Of a DNA stretch of 64,000 nt, positions 1 through 15,500 are shown piece by piece. The notes under the pieces were generated by a model. It was not told where the DNA came from. It saw nothing but the letters and a program-made list of their open reading frames with translations, and searched no databases. The translations under genes and the position numbers were made by a program. Source of the stretch: Paramecium tetraurelia (lineage: Eukaryota); NCBI GenBank assembly GCA_000165425.1, contig CT868152.1, forward strand, positions 62,001 to 126,000, read 5' to 3'. Position 1 is the stretch's first letter. Every line of letters starts with the position of its first letter.

Positions 1-3000
1 AAGATTTACATAATTACTTTTTCACATCATATTCACAATAATCTGCATAATTCATACATTCACAAGCATCTAAAATTTATTGGCAAGTTAGACAAAGATT
101 CGAGTGAACTTAGAGACAAACACTTTATAGTACTTAAACACCATGACAAAATACATTCTTTTAAAGAGAATTGCATCCTTCAAATGTACAAAATTAATTG
201 GTTATATGATTCTCAGTAATACTATGCCATGAACACTGCATCCCATTCTAATAATTAATATTACAATAATATTCTGTTTTAATTTCAGAACATGATATTT
301 ATTCCCTACAATAGTAATCGATCCAAGTACAATTAAAGTTGATACAACTTTATTTATCCTTATTATGATGACATTGTTTTGTTACACATGACAACAATAA
401 AACACAATTGCTAGTATATTTGCCACATTCTATTTAGTTCAGCTTCTCACAACTTTCAAATTGAGCACACCTATCATTATCCCCGTTTATACATGCCATG
501 TTATCAAAACTGTATTCAGAACAATCACATTATGGATTTTGTATATCATTGCATGAATCAGCTTCATTACATTCTCCTGCAATATTTTAATAACAAGCTT
601 TTCCACTTTCTAATTGATTACAAACATTCTGGAAACCATCATTTATTTTTTTACAAACTCTTTTGCTATCTTCAGATATAGATATATCAAAAGAACATTT
701 ACTCGAATAATTGCAATTCTCTTGATCTTAATTATCGAGACAATCCTTTTACTACATAATTAGCTTTTTGCATTAACATATTTCATCCTTCCATTAACAT
801 TAATCCATTTAATTGCATCCATTCATGTTTATTCCTGGAGTAGAACAAAAATCATCAAATGATGATTCTATGCATCCAAATCCTAATTAGTTATATTTGC
901 ATGTCCCAACTTTAATTTATGAACAAACTGATTCATTAGCAAAGTTAGCATCTCTGCATGACATATTGCTGTTCTAATCAAACAATTTGCAAGTATAATT
1001 TTCAAAATAGCAGTTTTTGATTTGCATACATCCATATGAGTTGATACCTTGAACATTACAATCTGTTATATCATTATCAAGCCTTTTACAGGTATGATTT
1101 TCAGAATCATAAAAACAAGCCTCATATTCGACAACCATACTACATACCAAGGCATTTACAATCAAATCATTTCCTTCACATTTTCCTGGTATTGTTTCTT
1201 CACAATGATCGAAATCATCATTCATACCTTTTACCCAAGTACACGGTTAACTCTTTAAATTAACGCATGCTTCTTGATTTAATCCTATGTGATTACATTT
1301 TACTTTGTTTAAATCAACCTAATCGCAACCTTCTTCTATACCACCGCAAGGGCCTTTCACTTCCCTTTAAGAACAGTTTATAGGATTGGTGCCTTATATT
1401 TAACAATTACGCTCATAATTTTCAAGGTTTGCTTCTTAATTATTCTAACAAACTTTCTTTTCATAATTCCAAGTACAAAATTAATCTTTTCGTTTTACTG
1501 AGAGACATGCTAAATAATTCATTCCAGGGTTTGGAGGACTGCATGACAGATAATCTGTCTTTTTAATCTAGACACAATAGTATAAGTTTTAATCATAAAT
1601 AACAGCCACATTTTTTAACAAACGGCAAGTGTTGCTATTAACATACCTTTTTAATAATAATTCTGTATCTAATTCATTAACTTAAACTTTCTAACATTCT
1701 CCATGCTTCCATTAACAATATGTTCCTTCCGTTGTTATTCTTAAACAAGCTTTAAGACTCAAATTATTTTCACAATCGCTTTCATTTTGTTTGACAAATA
1801 TTTCACAATGTTCTAAAACATTATCTTGTACAGACTTCCAAAAACATTCAAACTTTGTTTACTACAAACATGCATTTTTATTAATATTATTAGGACAATT
1901 GGTGTGATTTCCCTCATTTTCATGAAATGCTTAGCATTTATCATCTTTAAAAACACACATTTCTCCAAATTTCTCAACTTGAATACAGGCATTTAAATTA
2001 CCAGACATTGCAGAAATATCTTAACAAGAATCTGATAATTTTTTTTCTTTTTATTTACATTCACCTCCATTCCAAAAAGATGGCATATTTGTCACTCTCG
2101 TACATTGTTCTTTATTTTGATCTTATACCTCCTTTTTTTATATACATTTTTCAATAAATCTACAATTTTTATCTTATTCGCATGCTTTTTAACTATAAAA
2201 CTATTATGCCTTCTCCTCACAGTTCAATTTTTTTGATTCTTCTTACTCAACTATTACACAATTAGATTAAGACGAATCATATTTGCAATCTTGATTTTTA
2301 ATTAGAGAACAAATAATTCCATTGTTGATATGTCTAATATTTTCGCATTTCTAGTTAGATTCTGTATCATAGGCTTTACAACGTCCATCCAAAAATTAAC
2401 AATACTGAGATTTAGTCTTCACATTTCGACAGGCCAACTTATTAAGTTTTTTATGGCATTCTAATGTTTTAAGCATTTCTTCTGTTGCCAAAATACATTG
2501 ATCATCCCAAAATGTGTTTGAATTTTCAATAATCAAACAAGCCTATTAGTTTAACAAATGTAAATTAGGCCCATTAAAATGATCATCATTTAATTATAAC
2601 TATTTGCAAATTTTACCTTCTTCATCATAATAACAAGGTTGCTCTAAACAAGTACCAATTTAGCAAATGTTTTAGCATCCATCCTCTTAGAAAAATTTAC
2701 AATTCTAGTTTTATATGCTTAAACATTTCCTTTCATTAATCTTGTCTGTGCATAATGCTGTTTAAGCTGTTTCATAATCACTTTTACATTCATTATCTTA
2801 AAACTTACATTTTGAAGATTTTGTCTTAAAAACACAACCTTTTTAATTTAAACCCAAGGCTGAACAGGGTTCATCTTGATCAATTTCATCTGTGCAAGAT
2901 AATGTATTACTATCATATTTGCAAGGCTTGTCAATAGTGTTTGCGCAAACCTTATAATTTATGATAGCTTTTTCTATTTTTAAACTCTCACAGGATTCCT

Positions 3001-6000
3001 CTGATAAAGGTTAGCACTTAAATTACACAAACTTGCATTTTTGATCCAAATTAATACAAGCTACCCAATTTAAACTAGAGAGGCATTCTTACTAATTTTG
3101 ATTTCTAAAGATTTTACATTCAAAATCTACGTATTAGCATAAATCTTAAGTATTTGATAAACAAGCCTATTTATTGATACCATTAGTTCCACATTTAGAA
3201 ATAAAAGCATTTGATTATGGGATTTCAATAAACCTTCCTTCAATATCAGAATATATTAAACTTTTATTAAAACTTAAATCCTTATCAAATTACTTACAAA
3301 TGTTGCGAGAATAATTCTTAACGCCACTTTAATATAACTAATCATAATTTTTATACTTAAATTCCATGCAAATATGTTCAAATCGACATTATTCTTCTTA
3401 ATTCAAGCAAGCATTTTGATTTAGATAATCTTTGCACCCTTCTTTTTGGGTATGAATGGTGATGCACTCTTTATTTAAGAAAGCACATTTATTTTTAGTA
3501 TTTAAAATACAAGCGTATTTATTTAATCCAACAGTTTCACATTGATATAGTATAGGTTCAATAATTTCTCTGCATTTGTAATTTTTACTTAGAATACAAG
3601 GTTTTTTAGTTTTCATGGATCTACAAGTTAAAGCATTCACATGTGAAATATCAGATTATTATAAATCAGTACAATTTTGAGATGGATCAATGATTATAGC
3701 TAATTCACATTTATTACTTTTATCAGACCACACACAAGGTTTACTTTAGCAATTTAAACATCCAAATTTATTAAGACCATCACATTGTTATTGTTCTGAT
3801 GCAATTTAACAAGTATCATTTGTCCATATACATGATTCAACCATAGATTATATGCAAGTTTACTTATTCTTAAATGATTGACATTCTCCTTTAAATGGAT
3901 TATATTTCATACATAATTTAGTTTCCTAATTGAACCAACATAAATTATATTATTTTTCCTTACAAGCATCTTCATTTAAAATAGCACAATCTAATAAATC
4001 TAAATCTTTATCTTCTATGTTTTAACACTCAAATTCAAATTTTTTTCCCTTACATTTTGAAGTTTTATTCCATTTCCATTTACATTTTATACCTTTTGAT
4101 TATGATAAACAAGCTTCTTTATTTAGATTTTCACATTGATTAATAGTCTGATATATAGGTTCACATTTTTATTTAGTTGTGCTATATTTCATTGGTTAAT
4201 CTTTACATCTTATGCAAGCTTATTAAGACACAATAAGGTCTATTAATTCAGTGCAAGTAGAATGAGTTGCATCCTCACATTTATTATCTTTAAATTTGCA
4301 TGCTTGATCAACATAACCACAAACCTTTTTTTTATTATATTCTACAAACTCTGTAACTTCATAACATAAAGAATATTAATTTGAGCAATCCTCATTTAAT
4401 TAAGGACTTAGGTTTTTTTCTTTATCATTTTCTTTTACTTTTTCTTAGCAATAACCTAAAAACATATAATCACAATTGCAGTATTCACATAATTCTTTGC
4501 TATAACTTTTATCACATTTGCAAGGATCTTGATTAGTATTACTATAACATTTTGTCCCATCAAATCGACACACATCCTTAGCTTTTGCACATAAAATCGG
4601 CTAACCAGGCAAAATTTCAGAACATTTTTAGCCAAATGTAATTTATTTCAAATTGACAATCTTTTAGCACTGTGTTGTTTCAATCTCAATACTTTAGCAA
4701 TTTTGTGATATTTCTTTAACTTTACATATGGCATTTTTGGAATAGCTTGTATCACATTTTTTTGAAATGGCAGAACAACCTGGCAATTTATGTTCGTTTC
4801 CTGTTAATTATCTGCATCCTCCTTAGTTGATATCAAAATAGCAGTCTGCTTCAATATATTATAAACAAAGAGCTTTAGAATATATATTGTCACATTCTGT
4901 AATCTTATAAATATTTTTAAAATTAGAACATAGAGGATGAGAAACGTAGAATGTAAAAAACTTGCATACCTTTTCTAAATTGTTTGTGAATTTGAGAGAA
5001 GTTTCTAAAGTGGAATTTGAACAACTTTGAACAGGCTAGCAATACTTTTAACAATTACTGTTAGCATTTGTATTTTAGTCTGATTTCTTTTTTTAATATT
5101 ATGCTTCTTCTATGCTTGTGGGTTTTTGATAAGTAATGAGTGATACGCAATCTGAGTTATCTTGACATTTTTTCTTTACATTTTCGCAAATTGAAATGTT
5201 AATCTATTGTGTATAATTTCCATCTAGGTAAATTTGTTGAGAACATTCCTTATCTATTTCTAATTTTTCAAAATCTTCTAGAGTACTATTACTACCATTA
5301 TTATATTTAGATTCCCACAAATATTCAGTCGTACCTATATGATATTATTTATCATATTCAGATTTTAGCAATTCATACACATTACATGTATAAACTGCGG
5401 AATTCCAAAAACAATATTTCTAATAGTTACATTATTACTTTTCAGTAGAATCTTCTACACATTATTCTTTTCCATAACCTAATTCTAAATCCATGCTGAT
5501 AGATGAACAAGCCATTTTGTTATAATATCTTCCTTCTTTGGATTCTTAATCAGCAATATTATTATTTTTATATTATGGAAATGAATCAAATAAAGATTCG
5601 CATGTCGTTTTTATTTCAATTTCAACATTTTCGCATTTTAATGACTCAATATTAAAATAACAAGGTTTAGGTATGTCCATACAGACTTCAATATTGATAT
5701 CTATTTAAGAATCACAAATCGTTTAATCTGATTAAAACTACTGACAATTTCCATCAGTATAATGGCATTTATGTCCTCTAGTATTTAATAGACAACCACT
5801 TTTATTCATCTTAATATCTGAGCAATTCATATTTTATTCAAGCTTCTAACATGTTTTATCTTTTTAATTATAACCGCATTCATTCATAGATAAACATGCA
5901 TTTTCATTTAATTTATTTTCGCAATCATTATTTGTCATTTTTTCAAAAGATTAACACTAAGATATAGCTTCATTCCAAATACATTTTTCTTTTGTGACTT

Positions 6001-9000
6001 CTAAACAAAGAGCCCAGTTCAAATTATCAGAACAACCTAATGTGTCAAAATCATCTTCATTTTCATAACAAGAGAAAAATTCTGAATTCCATCGACAATA
6101 TCCTTAAGAATACTTATAACATGCTAAGCTATTGATATTAGTTTCAACACAACCTGAAAATTTTTGTATGTCTTTATCCGAACATTCATTTGATTAAGAA
6201 AATTAATAAGGTTTACCCTCTAATTATACACATACAGATTATACATTTTTTTATTCATCATTTTTTTCATCAGGTTTAAAATTTAAACACTTGTCTGTGT
6301 TAATATCAAAAGAACAAATTTTATGTTTATTTTTAAAACATGCATTCTTATTTTAATCGAGCTCACAACTATTTATTTAATCGAGTTCTTCTTCAGTAAT
6401 TGTAACACACTTTAATTTACTAGCATTCCATCGACAATATAAATTTTCAGTATGGCTCATACAAACATTCCTGTTTCCATTCACCTCTTCACATCTCTGA
6501 TATTTAGCTCTAGTCGGTTAGCAAATTTTCTTTTCCTCATTATAAGTTAAATATTTAAACTCATCATTCTCATCCTTCTCATCCTTCTTCTCAGATCCTC
6601 CCTCCACTGATAGACAAGCAAATTTATTAAATACTGGTTATTTTTAAATAATCAATTTTTTGATATTAGGATAGTAGTTTGTGTTAAAATGGATACAGAT
6701 TTCTCCATAACTAAAGCATCTTTGGGTTTCAGACCAATCAATCATATGACAATACTTTTTCATTATAGATGAGCATGGTAATTTCAATGCATTAAAATAT
6801 AATTTGACTTATTTAAGATCATTGATATCAACTACATCTTTAGTTAATTCTTGGCATCTTAGATTATAAAAGTAACAAATATAGGATTTATTAGACAATT
6901 TAATGCAAGCATGAGCGTTTATTCCAACAGCCTCTGTACAACAATTCGTTGTACATTGATATTCACCCAAAGCTTCACAGGAGTTTTTATTTTCGTTATA
7001 TTTGCAATAACCCTTAAAATCTTTATCTTCTACCTGTTATTGTGCATAATTAATAACTTTAGCACAGACTAAGTGGTTGACGTTTTATATTTCACATTAA
7101 TGATTTTCTTCTATAACAAAATCTATACATTCATTGATTTTATCAGACCACTAACAAAATTAACCTTCCGTCGTTATAGCCAGACAAGCTTTTTTTGTCG
7201 GATAGCTTGATTGACAGAAAATATTATTCAAATTTCCTTAAGCATATTTACAAGTAAAGTCTTTATAGTAACAAAATTCATCTATAGATGAGCACGCATA
7301 TTTATTTAATCCATTATTATTACAACCCTTTATATCACCTGGTTTTAACGTAAAGCACTGTTTGTCATAGTAAGAATAGGAACATTTTGTTTTATTAAAT
7401 TCAATTTATGCACATGCTTAGTAATTTGCATTAATATGATTTTAACAAAGGATGTTTTTTAAGGATTATTATTTAGCAAAAGTACATTATTCTTAATACC
7501 ACCTACAGGGAGTGGATGGAGTAGTAAGAGAGGCGCATAATACTTTATTAATTCCTAATGATAAGTCTTTACATGAAATTGTATATAATTCCTGAATTTT
7601 ATTTAAAATCTATTAATTTGAATCAATTGAAACAGATTTACATTGATATGAATTTTGATCATAATAGCAACCAATAGAATTACTTTCATAAACTTAAGAA
7701 CAAGATTATGCATTAACAAATTTTAAAGTTTCACATAAAGTGCTATTTTATTGAATTGTGATGATTCTACATTTATTTTGATACCATTAACATGTTTAAT
7801 GATGTTTTTAAATACTAATACAACCAAGAAAATTAAGAAATGGAGTCTCACATTCATCATAATTTGTACTTGCAACACATAAATTTGTGTTTTTATCATA
7901 TTTACATAAAACATTTGATTTAGATATAGCTTAACAAACATTTCCATTAACTTTCATTAAATCGTTATTAAATTTTAAAGGACAATCAATATCTTAATTC
8001 ATAAATATTCTTTCACAATTATTTCCATTCCATTAACAATATTGAAATTCAGTCTCTAAATTAACACATGCCTATTCATTCAAATCCATTTCACATAAAT
8101 AATTTTTAAGATCTTATTCATTAAGTTCTTAACATTTTCCTCCATAAAAACAACAATTTTTATTTTTTACTAAAAGACAACCTTTCTTTGATAATCCAAT
8201 TGTATTACAGTCCAAAATTTGAAAATTCTCCGAAGGGATAGGTACGCATTAATACTTTTTGGCATCAAATTTATAAGGATCTTTAAGCATAGAACACACA
8301 TTAGAACTTACACTGATGTTAGACGGGATTTCTTAATTTTCATCTGATAATTTAAATTCTAAGCATTATAGATTCATCCAATAACAACTAAGGTTGGGAT
8401 TATCTATTGAGAGGCATGCTAATTTATTGATCTTTTAATTGCAATTTACAATTTCATTATCTTAAATTTTTCGGCAAACATTATTTTAAAAAATACCTAA
8501 TTTAATTATAAGAATACATTTTTCTTCAAACGCAACTATCTTTCTACAAGCTAGCTCAGTCAATCCTAACTCAGTGCATTTTAACTATGAATAATCCTTC
8601 TCATAGATTGAAACACATTTATAATCTCCTAAGGGACCAGAGTTCATACCTTAAATGATTAATTATCATTACATTCTAATTTTGGTATGGATGAACAAAC
8701 CAAAGGGGACACAGGCATTTTATATTACTAATCACATGACATAAATTCTATTTGTTCATTTGAAACATACTGGCAAGATAAGTCCCATTAGCATCTATGA
8801 TTTCTGACATTCATGCACGCATGCTTACTAAATTTATCAGAGCAGCCTAAATTAGACAGCTATATTATTGAAGCATTTTAGCATCTCAAATTAAAAACAC
8901 CTAAATTAAGTTAAATCTATACATTAACACTCTTTTCCATGTTAATCACTCACTTAATTTATACAAGCTCTTTCGTTTAAATTATTGCTGCATCCTTTAT

Positions 9001-9197
9001 TAGTATCTTAAATTGGATGACAAAATTTCTACTATTCATAAAAAATGCCTAATACATCCTAATTTTTTACATGGAGAATGTTTGGTTGATTCTATACAAA
9101 ACTTTAGGCTTAGAAATTATTCTTGACATTCTCTATTCCTCAAAAGTTCGGATATAATAGGTTAAATCAAATAGATTATCAGAATGATAAAATTCAT
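1..9197 (-). CDS. Giant cysteine-rich repeat surface protein, paralog 1 (3' end runs off the window)
   Basis: Code 6. Starts MNFIILIIYLIQPIISELLRNREC (signal-peptide-like). Introns at 9049-9070, 8901-8922, 8650-8672 and 8497-8517. About 45-50 aa four-Cys repeats (C..[GL/V]NxxxC...CxW/F/Y...C) throughout. Colinear with paralogs 2 and 3. Confidence 0.85.
3386..4407. repeat. Near-identical tract A shared with paralog 2 (copy at 13930-14956)
   Basis: Direct base-by-base match at offset 10544/10545, interrupted by a ~65-bp more diverged patch at ~3680-3745. Confidence 0.92.
7503..8206. repeat. Near-identical tract B shared with paralog 2 (copy at 17607-18310)
   Basis: 704 bp from ctacagggagtggatggag to ccaattgtatt at constant offset 10104, with only a handful of substitutions seen. 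Confidence 0.93.
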
Positions 9198-9588
9198 TTA
9201 TAATTAAGTTATATAAATTAATAATAAAATTCAGAAATAATTTTAAAATTTAATACTTAGTTATATATATGTAAGAATTCCATTCGCCGAATAATCTTAA
9301 AATTGATCAATTAAATAGTATTCACAATTTGATCAGGTTACAAATTTTCAAACTTCTAATAATAAACTGTAATTTACATTCAACCTACATAACAATAAGA
9401 TTTTTAAAAGATGAATTTATTCTATTAATTGCAATATTAATCATTGGCCCTTCAAATTTTTGATTCGAATTGCTAAAATTTCAAATACCATTAATTTTTG
9501 ATATTAAAATATCAGATATTTAATTTATATATAAATTATAATTAGATGGAGAAATTTATTATTTCTAAATATTTAATTTATTTTAATC

Positions 9589-12500
9589 TCATATTAAAAT
9601 AAAACTTATTAAGGCAAAGATTGGAAATATCATCTTTGTTCCAATAAAAATGCTAATGGTTACTTGTTCGTTCTTAAAGTCTTATAAGCATTACTTTCCA
9701 ACATCGTCCCACTAACAGTAATAAATTTAATCACATATTTCTGATTTTTTTATTATTATGCATTTCATATTACATCTATATATTGATTCTATCCATTCAC
9801 AGTTCTCTTCCTATTTACAATTAAATTTATCTGTAATAATTTCACATTTAGTTTAACATTTCTATATAATTATCATTTTTACCTCTTAAAATATACAAAA
9901 TTCAAAGGGACATTAAAGCTCTTTGGAATATTAATTACATTTTTTAGATGTACATTTCCTATTATCGTATTAACAATAATCTGACTATCTCAAACATTCG
10001 CATGAGTCAGAAATTTCTTCACATGAAGCACAAATTCCTTACCTCATTTCTACACAAGTTTATTGAGCAACTCTAGATCCAGTACAAATTTAGTTTTTTT
10101 CTAAATTGTGACATTTGTTTTATACACAAATTTGCTTCCCCTTCATTTCAACCCATTAGCATTACCTTTTTTAAAACTATTATCGATTGCATAGATCTTA
10201 ATCCTAAAATTATTCGCATTCTATTATATCTATACAACTCTCCTTTATATTATTCCAATCACAGTCATTCTTAATACATTATTATTAGGTTAAATCATAA
10301 CATTATTTTTTTTTGCAAACCTTTTCAAATTTACAACATTCTCCATTGTTTAAACAAAGTTTTTCCTCTAAATTTTCACATTTAAATTATTCACAATCTG
10401 CATTTTCTTTTATCTCTTAGCCAGGCTGAGTACCGTATTTGCATTGGCAACTTTAATCTTTATGTACACATTGTTGTTAATGTTTGCATGCTTCTATACT
10501 TAAAGAATCGTTTGAACAGAGTTCATTATTAGCTGATGAGCATCCATACTGAATTTCATTATATTTACAAGAATCAGCGGCATTTTTACAAATTAATTTA
10601 TTAGCTACTGGAAAATCATCACATTTGTAACTTGCGTAGCTGTTTTTTTAGAATAATTAACATTTTTATTTAAAAAAGCAATTTTCAATTTATACACATC
10701 CAATACTGTTTAATCCTACCAATTCACAATCAGTATGATTCTGATTTGGTACTTCACATTTTGATTTATCTTTATTATAATAACATGAATCTTCTTGAAC
10801 GAGAGTACAAACCTTAGAATTGACATCCTTTGGTACTTATTCACATGGAGTAGATGGAATAAAATCTTCACAATGATATTTTACATCATTACTATTTTTT
10901 ATCCAAATACAAGGATATTCTTCTACATTAAGGCAAGCATATTTATTTAATCCATCAGAATTACATTTAACTTATTTTAAATCAACTTTATCACATCGAT
11001 TTTTTACAAATCCGCATGCCTCCTAAACGTTTATTTATGTACACGATTGTGAAGATACATTTAATATTTTACATGTTTTTAATTATGGATTGAATATATA
11101 CTTTATACATTTTCTATTTGCTACATCCCAAAGACATTCTTATTTTTCAATATTTAAACATGCTTCTTTATTTAATCCCTCTGTTGAGCATGATAATTTT
11201 CGAATATCTTGAACTTTAACACATTGATATATATTTTTATCATATTATACTTTGTCTCCATTATTTATCAAACCACACACATTAACATTGATCTATGTAA
11301 AAGATGAAGGCTTATAAACAATTAGCTGATCATCATTAATTTCTTAGCATTGTTAATTTTTCCAAATGCAAAATACACCTTCTTTTGATATTTTCAAACA
11401 AGATGTATAACTAAGATTTTTAGAACAATCATTTTTATCAAAATCCTGAAAGGCTTAGCATTATTCACCAAAATTTACTTTTAGGTTCCAATAACAATCA
11501 CTTTTAGTTTATTGTAAACATGAATTAATATTAATATTATCTAAGCAATTATTTTCGTTAGTTTATTAAAAAGTTTCACATTAGTGATCTTTAAAAATGC
11601 ACATTTATCCTTGCAATTTAACATTCATACAGGCTTTTAAATTTCCAGATTATACTTTTACATCTTAACAACTTAACTATAATGAACCGCTTGTTTATTA
11701 ATCAACCATTTATATACATTATTTTTTATCTTATTTATCATCAGGCCAAATACAAGGTAAAGTACTCATTCTTTTACATTAGCTTAATGATTACAATTCA
11801 TCGCATGAATTTGGATTAAAAGAAATGCATGAATCGCTATCCTTATCGAATTTGCAGAACTTATCCTCAACGGAAATACAAACCGATAAACTAGAAAATT
11901 TGATTCTATCGCATTCTTTATTTTCGTTCTCTTAATAACTTTAGCATTCATTGTTTTACCACTAACATTAATAAATATTTTAAATTAGACAATTTTCTTT
12001 TGTGGCTGCTAACTTACAACATAAGTTTTTATCAGAAAATTAACAATTCTAGATTCCAGAATCTGAGTCCTAACAATAATCAAGAAATTAGCATTTAAGA
12101 TTGTTATCTGTTTATTGCAAGCATGCTATTTTATTAATACCTCTTTAACAAATTAAATATTAATTTTCAGGTACAACTTTGCATGAATTCAATTGAAAAT
12201 CATACATGCATCCTAAATCTGTTGTTAATTCACAAAATCTGTAGTGATTAACATTTTAAAACATTTCACACTGTGCGCTTATCTTAGAAGATATACTTGA
12301 TTAAAAGTACATATAGCTACTCTTCTGTATTGTATACGAAACACATTTTGATTCTTTAAATTAGCAGTATTGATCTTAAGTTTAAATATTCACACATCCT
12401 ATTCGATTTACAACATCTTCGCATTTAAGTTCATTATACTCTGAATCTTAGATCTTCAAGCAAATATTATCTGTAGATTTACATCCCTCAATCAAAACTC

Positions 12501-15500
12501 TTGAACATTGTTCTTAATCTAAAGCATTTTGACAAAATTATAGTTGATCTTTTTTAACTTTATAACATTAATCACTAAAAATGCAATTTTCAGAATCCAA
12601 TTAACAAGCCGCTTCATTATATCCTTTTTTCTCTGGATTTTCCTCCACACATGCAATCTTATTATCCATAAAAGATTCACACTTATGCAATAATTAATTG
12701 AATCGACAAGGATTTCCCGATTATTAAGCACAAAAGACACCTGAGTTAATATTTATTATTTCATCACATTATTTGTCTTCGAAATCAGTCAATTTAGCAT
12801 TTAAACATTTATTATCTTTAAAGTAACAGTACTATTTTGGAGTTAAAATACTGACACAAGTATATATATTTACATAGTCATCGCATCTTAAATACAATAA
12901 TTGAATGTTTTTTACCTCAGCGCAGCCGTCGTTCCATAAAAGACGGACTGGCAATTTTGTTATTTATAAATCTTTAGGATTATAAGAAATTGCCTCTTAA
13001 AATTATACACAAGTGTTTTTGTTAAAGGAATCAATATTGGACAGTTAATAATTTTAGTAGAACCGTTAATGAGAAAAGCAGGTAACATTATCACAATACT
13101 ATTTATAAATTTTGCACATTTTTTCAAATTTATCATAAAAGCATGCCTCTTTATCTTCTATTTTAGAACATGTAATTGGGTTAGTTTAGAATTGTGTCTC
13201 ACACTTAATACCTGTAATATCAATTTTCTAGCATTTTTTTTTTTCGAATCTACAAAATTATCCTTTTGTTGTAATTGCTAAACACTTATTTTTGTTAACT
13301 TAATCGTCACAAAAGGAGTATCCATAAGAACTCTCACACTTATTTTCACTTTTATTAAATTCACATAACAATTTATTTGAATCATTTATGCAAGCCTCAA
13401 AATTTAACCCTTCGCATTTTTCTTATTCATCAGGGTCAGCTTTAACGCAAACTCTATTTTTATTATCATAAAAGCATGATTCTGTCAAATAAGAACATAT
13501 TTTTTCATTCACATTGAGTTACAATGATTTACAATCAAATTATTCATCTTTTTTAACTTCAAGACATTCATTGTTTTCAAACTTACATGATATACGATCA
13601 ACTTAAGTGCAAGCAAACTTATTTAATTTTTGTTTAGAGCATGAGTCTATTTATATCTTATCAATTTTCTAACACTAATTGTTTTTGTACTCACAAAATG
13701 ATTTTATTTAATTTAAACAAGCCTATTTATTAATACCGGGAAATGAGCAATCTGTTAAATTCGTATCTAAGTTTTCAGCCTTAACGCACTTTTTTTAAAT
13801 GTCGCTATATACATATGCGTCACTGTCGATCTACTTACAAAAACTGCTAGAGTAAGTTGCATATTGTTCCTAAAGCAATTAATTAATAGGCATAAAATTT
13901 GGACTTTCGCATTTTCCTCCTTAAAATATACATTATTCTTCTTAATTCAAGCAAGCATTTTGATTTAGATTATTTTTGCACCCTTCTTTTTGGGTATGAA
14001 TGGTGATGCACTTGTTATTTAAGAAAGCACATTTATTTTTAGTATTTAAAATACAAGCGTATTTATTTAATCCAACAGTTTCACATTGATATAGTATAGG
14101 TTCAATAATTTCTCTGCATTTGTAATTTTTACTTAGAATACAAGGTTTTTGAGTTTTCATGGATGTACAAGTTAAAGCATTCACATGTGAAATACCAGAT
14201 TATTATAAATCAGTACAATTTTTAGGTTGATCAAAGAATATAGCTTATACACATTTATGACTGTTATCAAACCACACACAAGATTGACTTTAGCAATTTA
14301 AACATCCAAATTTATTAAGACCATCACATTGTTATTGTTCTGATGCAATTTAACAAGTATCACTTGTCCATATACATGATTCAACCATAGATTATATGCA
14401 AGTTTACTTATTCTTAAATGATTGACATTCTCCTTTAAATGGATTATATTTCATACATAATTTAGTTTCCTAATTGAACCAACATAAATTATATTATTTT
14501 TCCTTACAAGCATCTTCATTTAAAATAGCACAATCTAATAAATCTAAATCTTTATCTTCTATGTTTTAACACTCAAATTCAAATTTTTTTCCCTTACATT
14601 TTGAAGTTTTATTCCATTTCCATTTACATTTTATACCTTTTGATTATGATAAACAAGCTTCTTTATTTAGAATTTTCACATTGATTAATAGTCTTATATA
14701 TAGGTTCACATTTTTATTTAGTTGTGTTATATTTCATTGGTTAATCTTTACATCTTATGCAAGCTTATTAAGACACAATAAGGTCTATTAATTCAGTGCA
14801 AGTAGAATGAGTTGCATCCTCACATTTATTATCTTTAAATTTGCATGCTTGATCAACATAACCACAAACCTTTTCTTTATTATATTCTACAAACTCTGTA
14901 ACTTCATAACATAAAGAATATTAATTTGAGCAATCTTCTTCATTTAATTAAGGACTATTATGTTCATTATTTTTTAATTAAATGCAACCTCCTTGTTTTA
15001 AATCAAAAAAATATTCTTCTTTTTTGAAATTTAAACAAAGTTCTTTCGAAAAAGAAAGATTTTAATTTCTCTCTGCAGTTGTCTTCTTTTAAATCCGAGA
15101 AGTTAAATTATAAGTTACTTAAGTATTATTTAATTGAGAAGTATATATAGAAACATAAGTACTATCGGCATCATCATCTAATTCCTCATATACTTCAGTA
15201 ATAGTATCTGACGAATTATAGCAAAACATTTCTTCAGAGATGTATGTAGTATTTTTTATGCAAAATTTTTATTAGTTTTATTCGTATGTAATAAATTATT
15301 ATTCTAATTAAAATTTAATAATCTATTTCTTACAAAACATATTAATCTAAATCCATTCTATTGAAATCTGTATATATGGATTCTTTTTTTATTCTTAGTA
15401 GTCAGAGCTAAATTCATAAGTCCACGAATTATTGCCTACAAAATAGCAGTTGTTTTCAAGTTGACATAGTCCACCGAATTAATAAGTCAAATTATAATCG

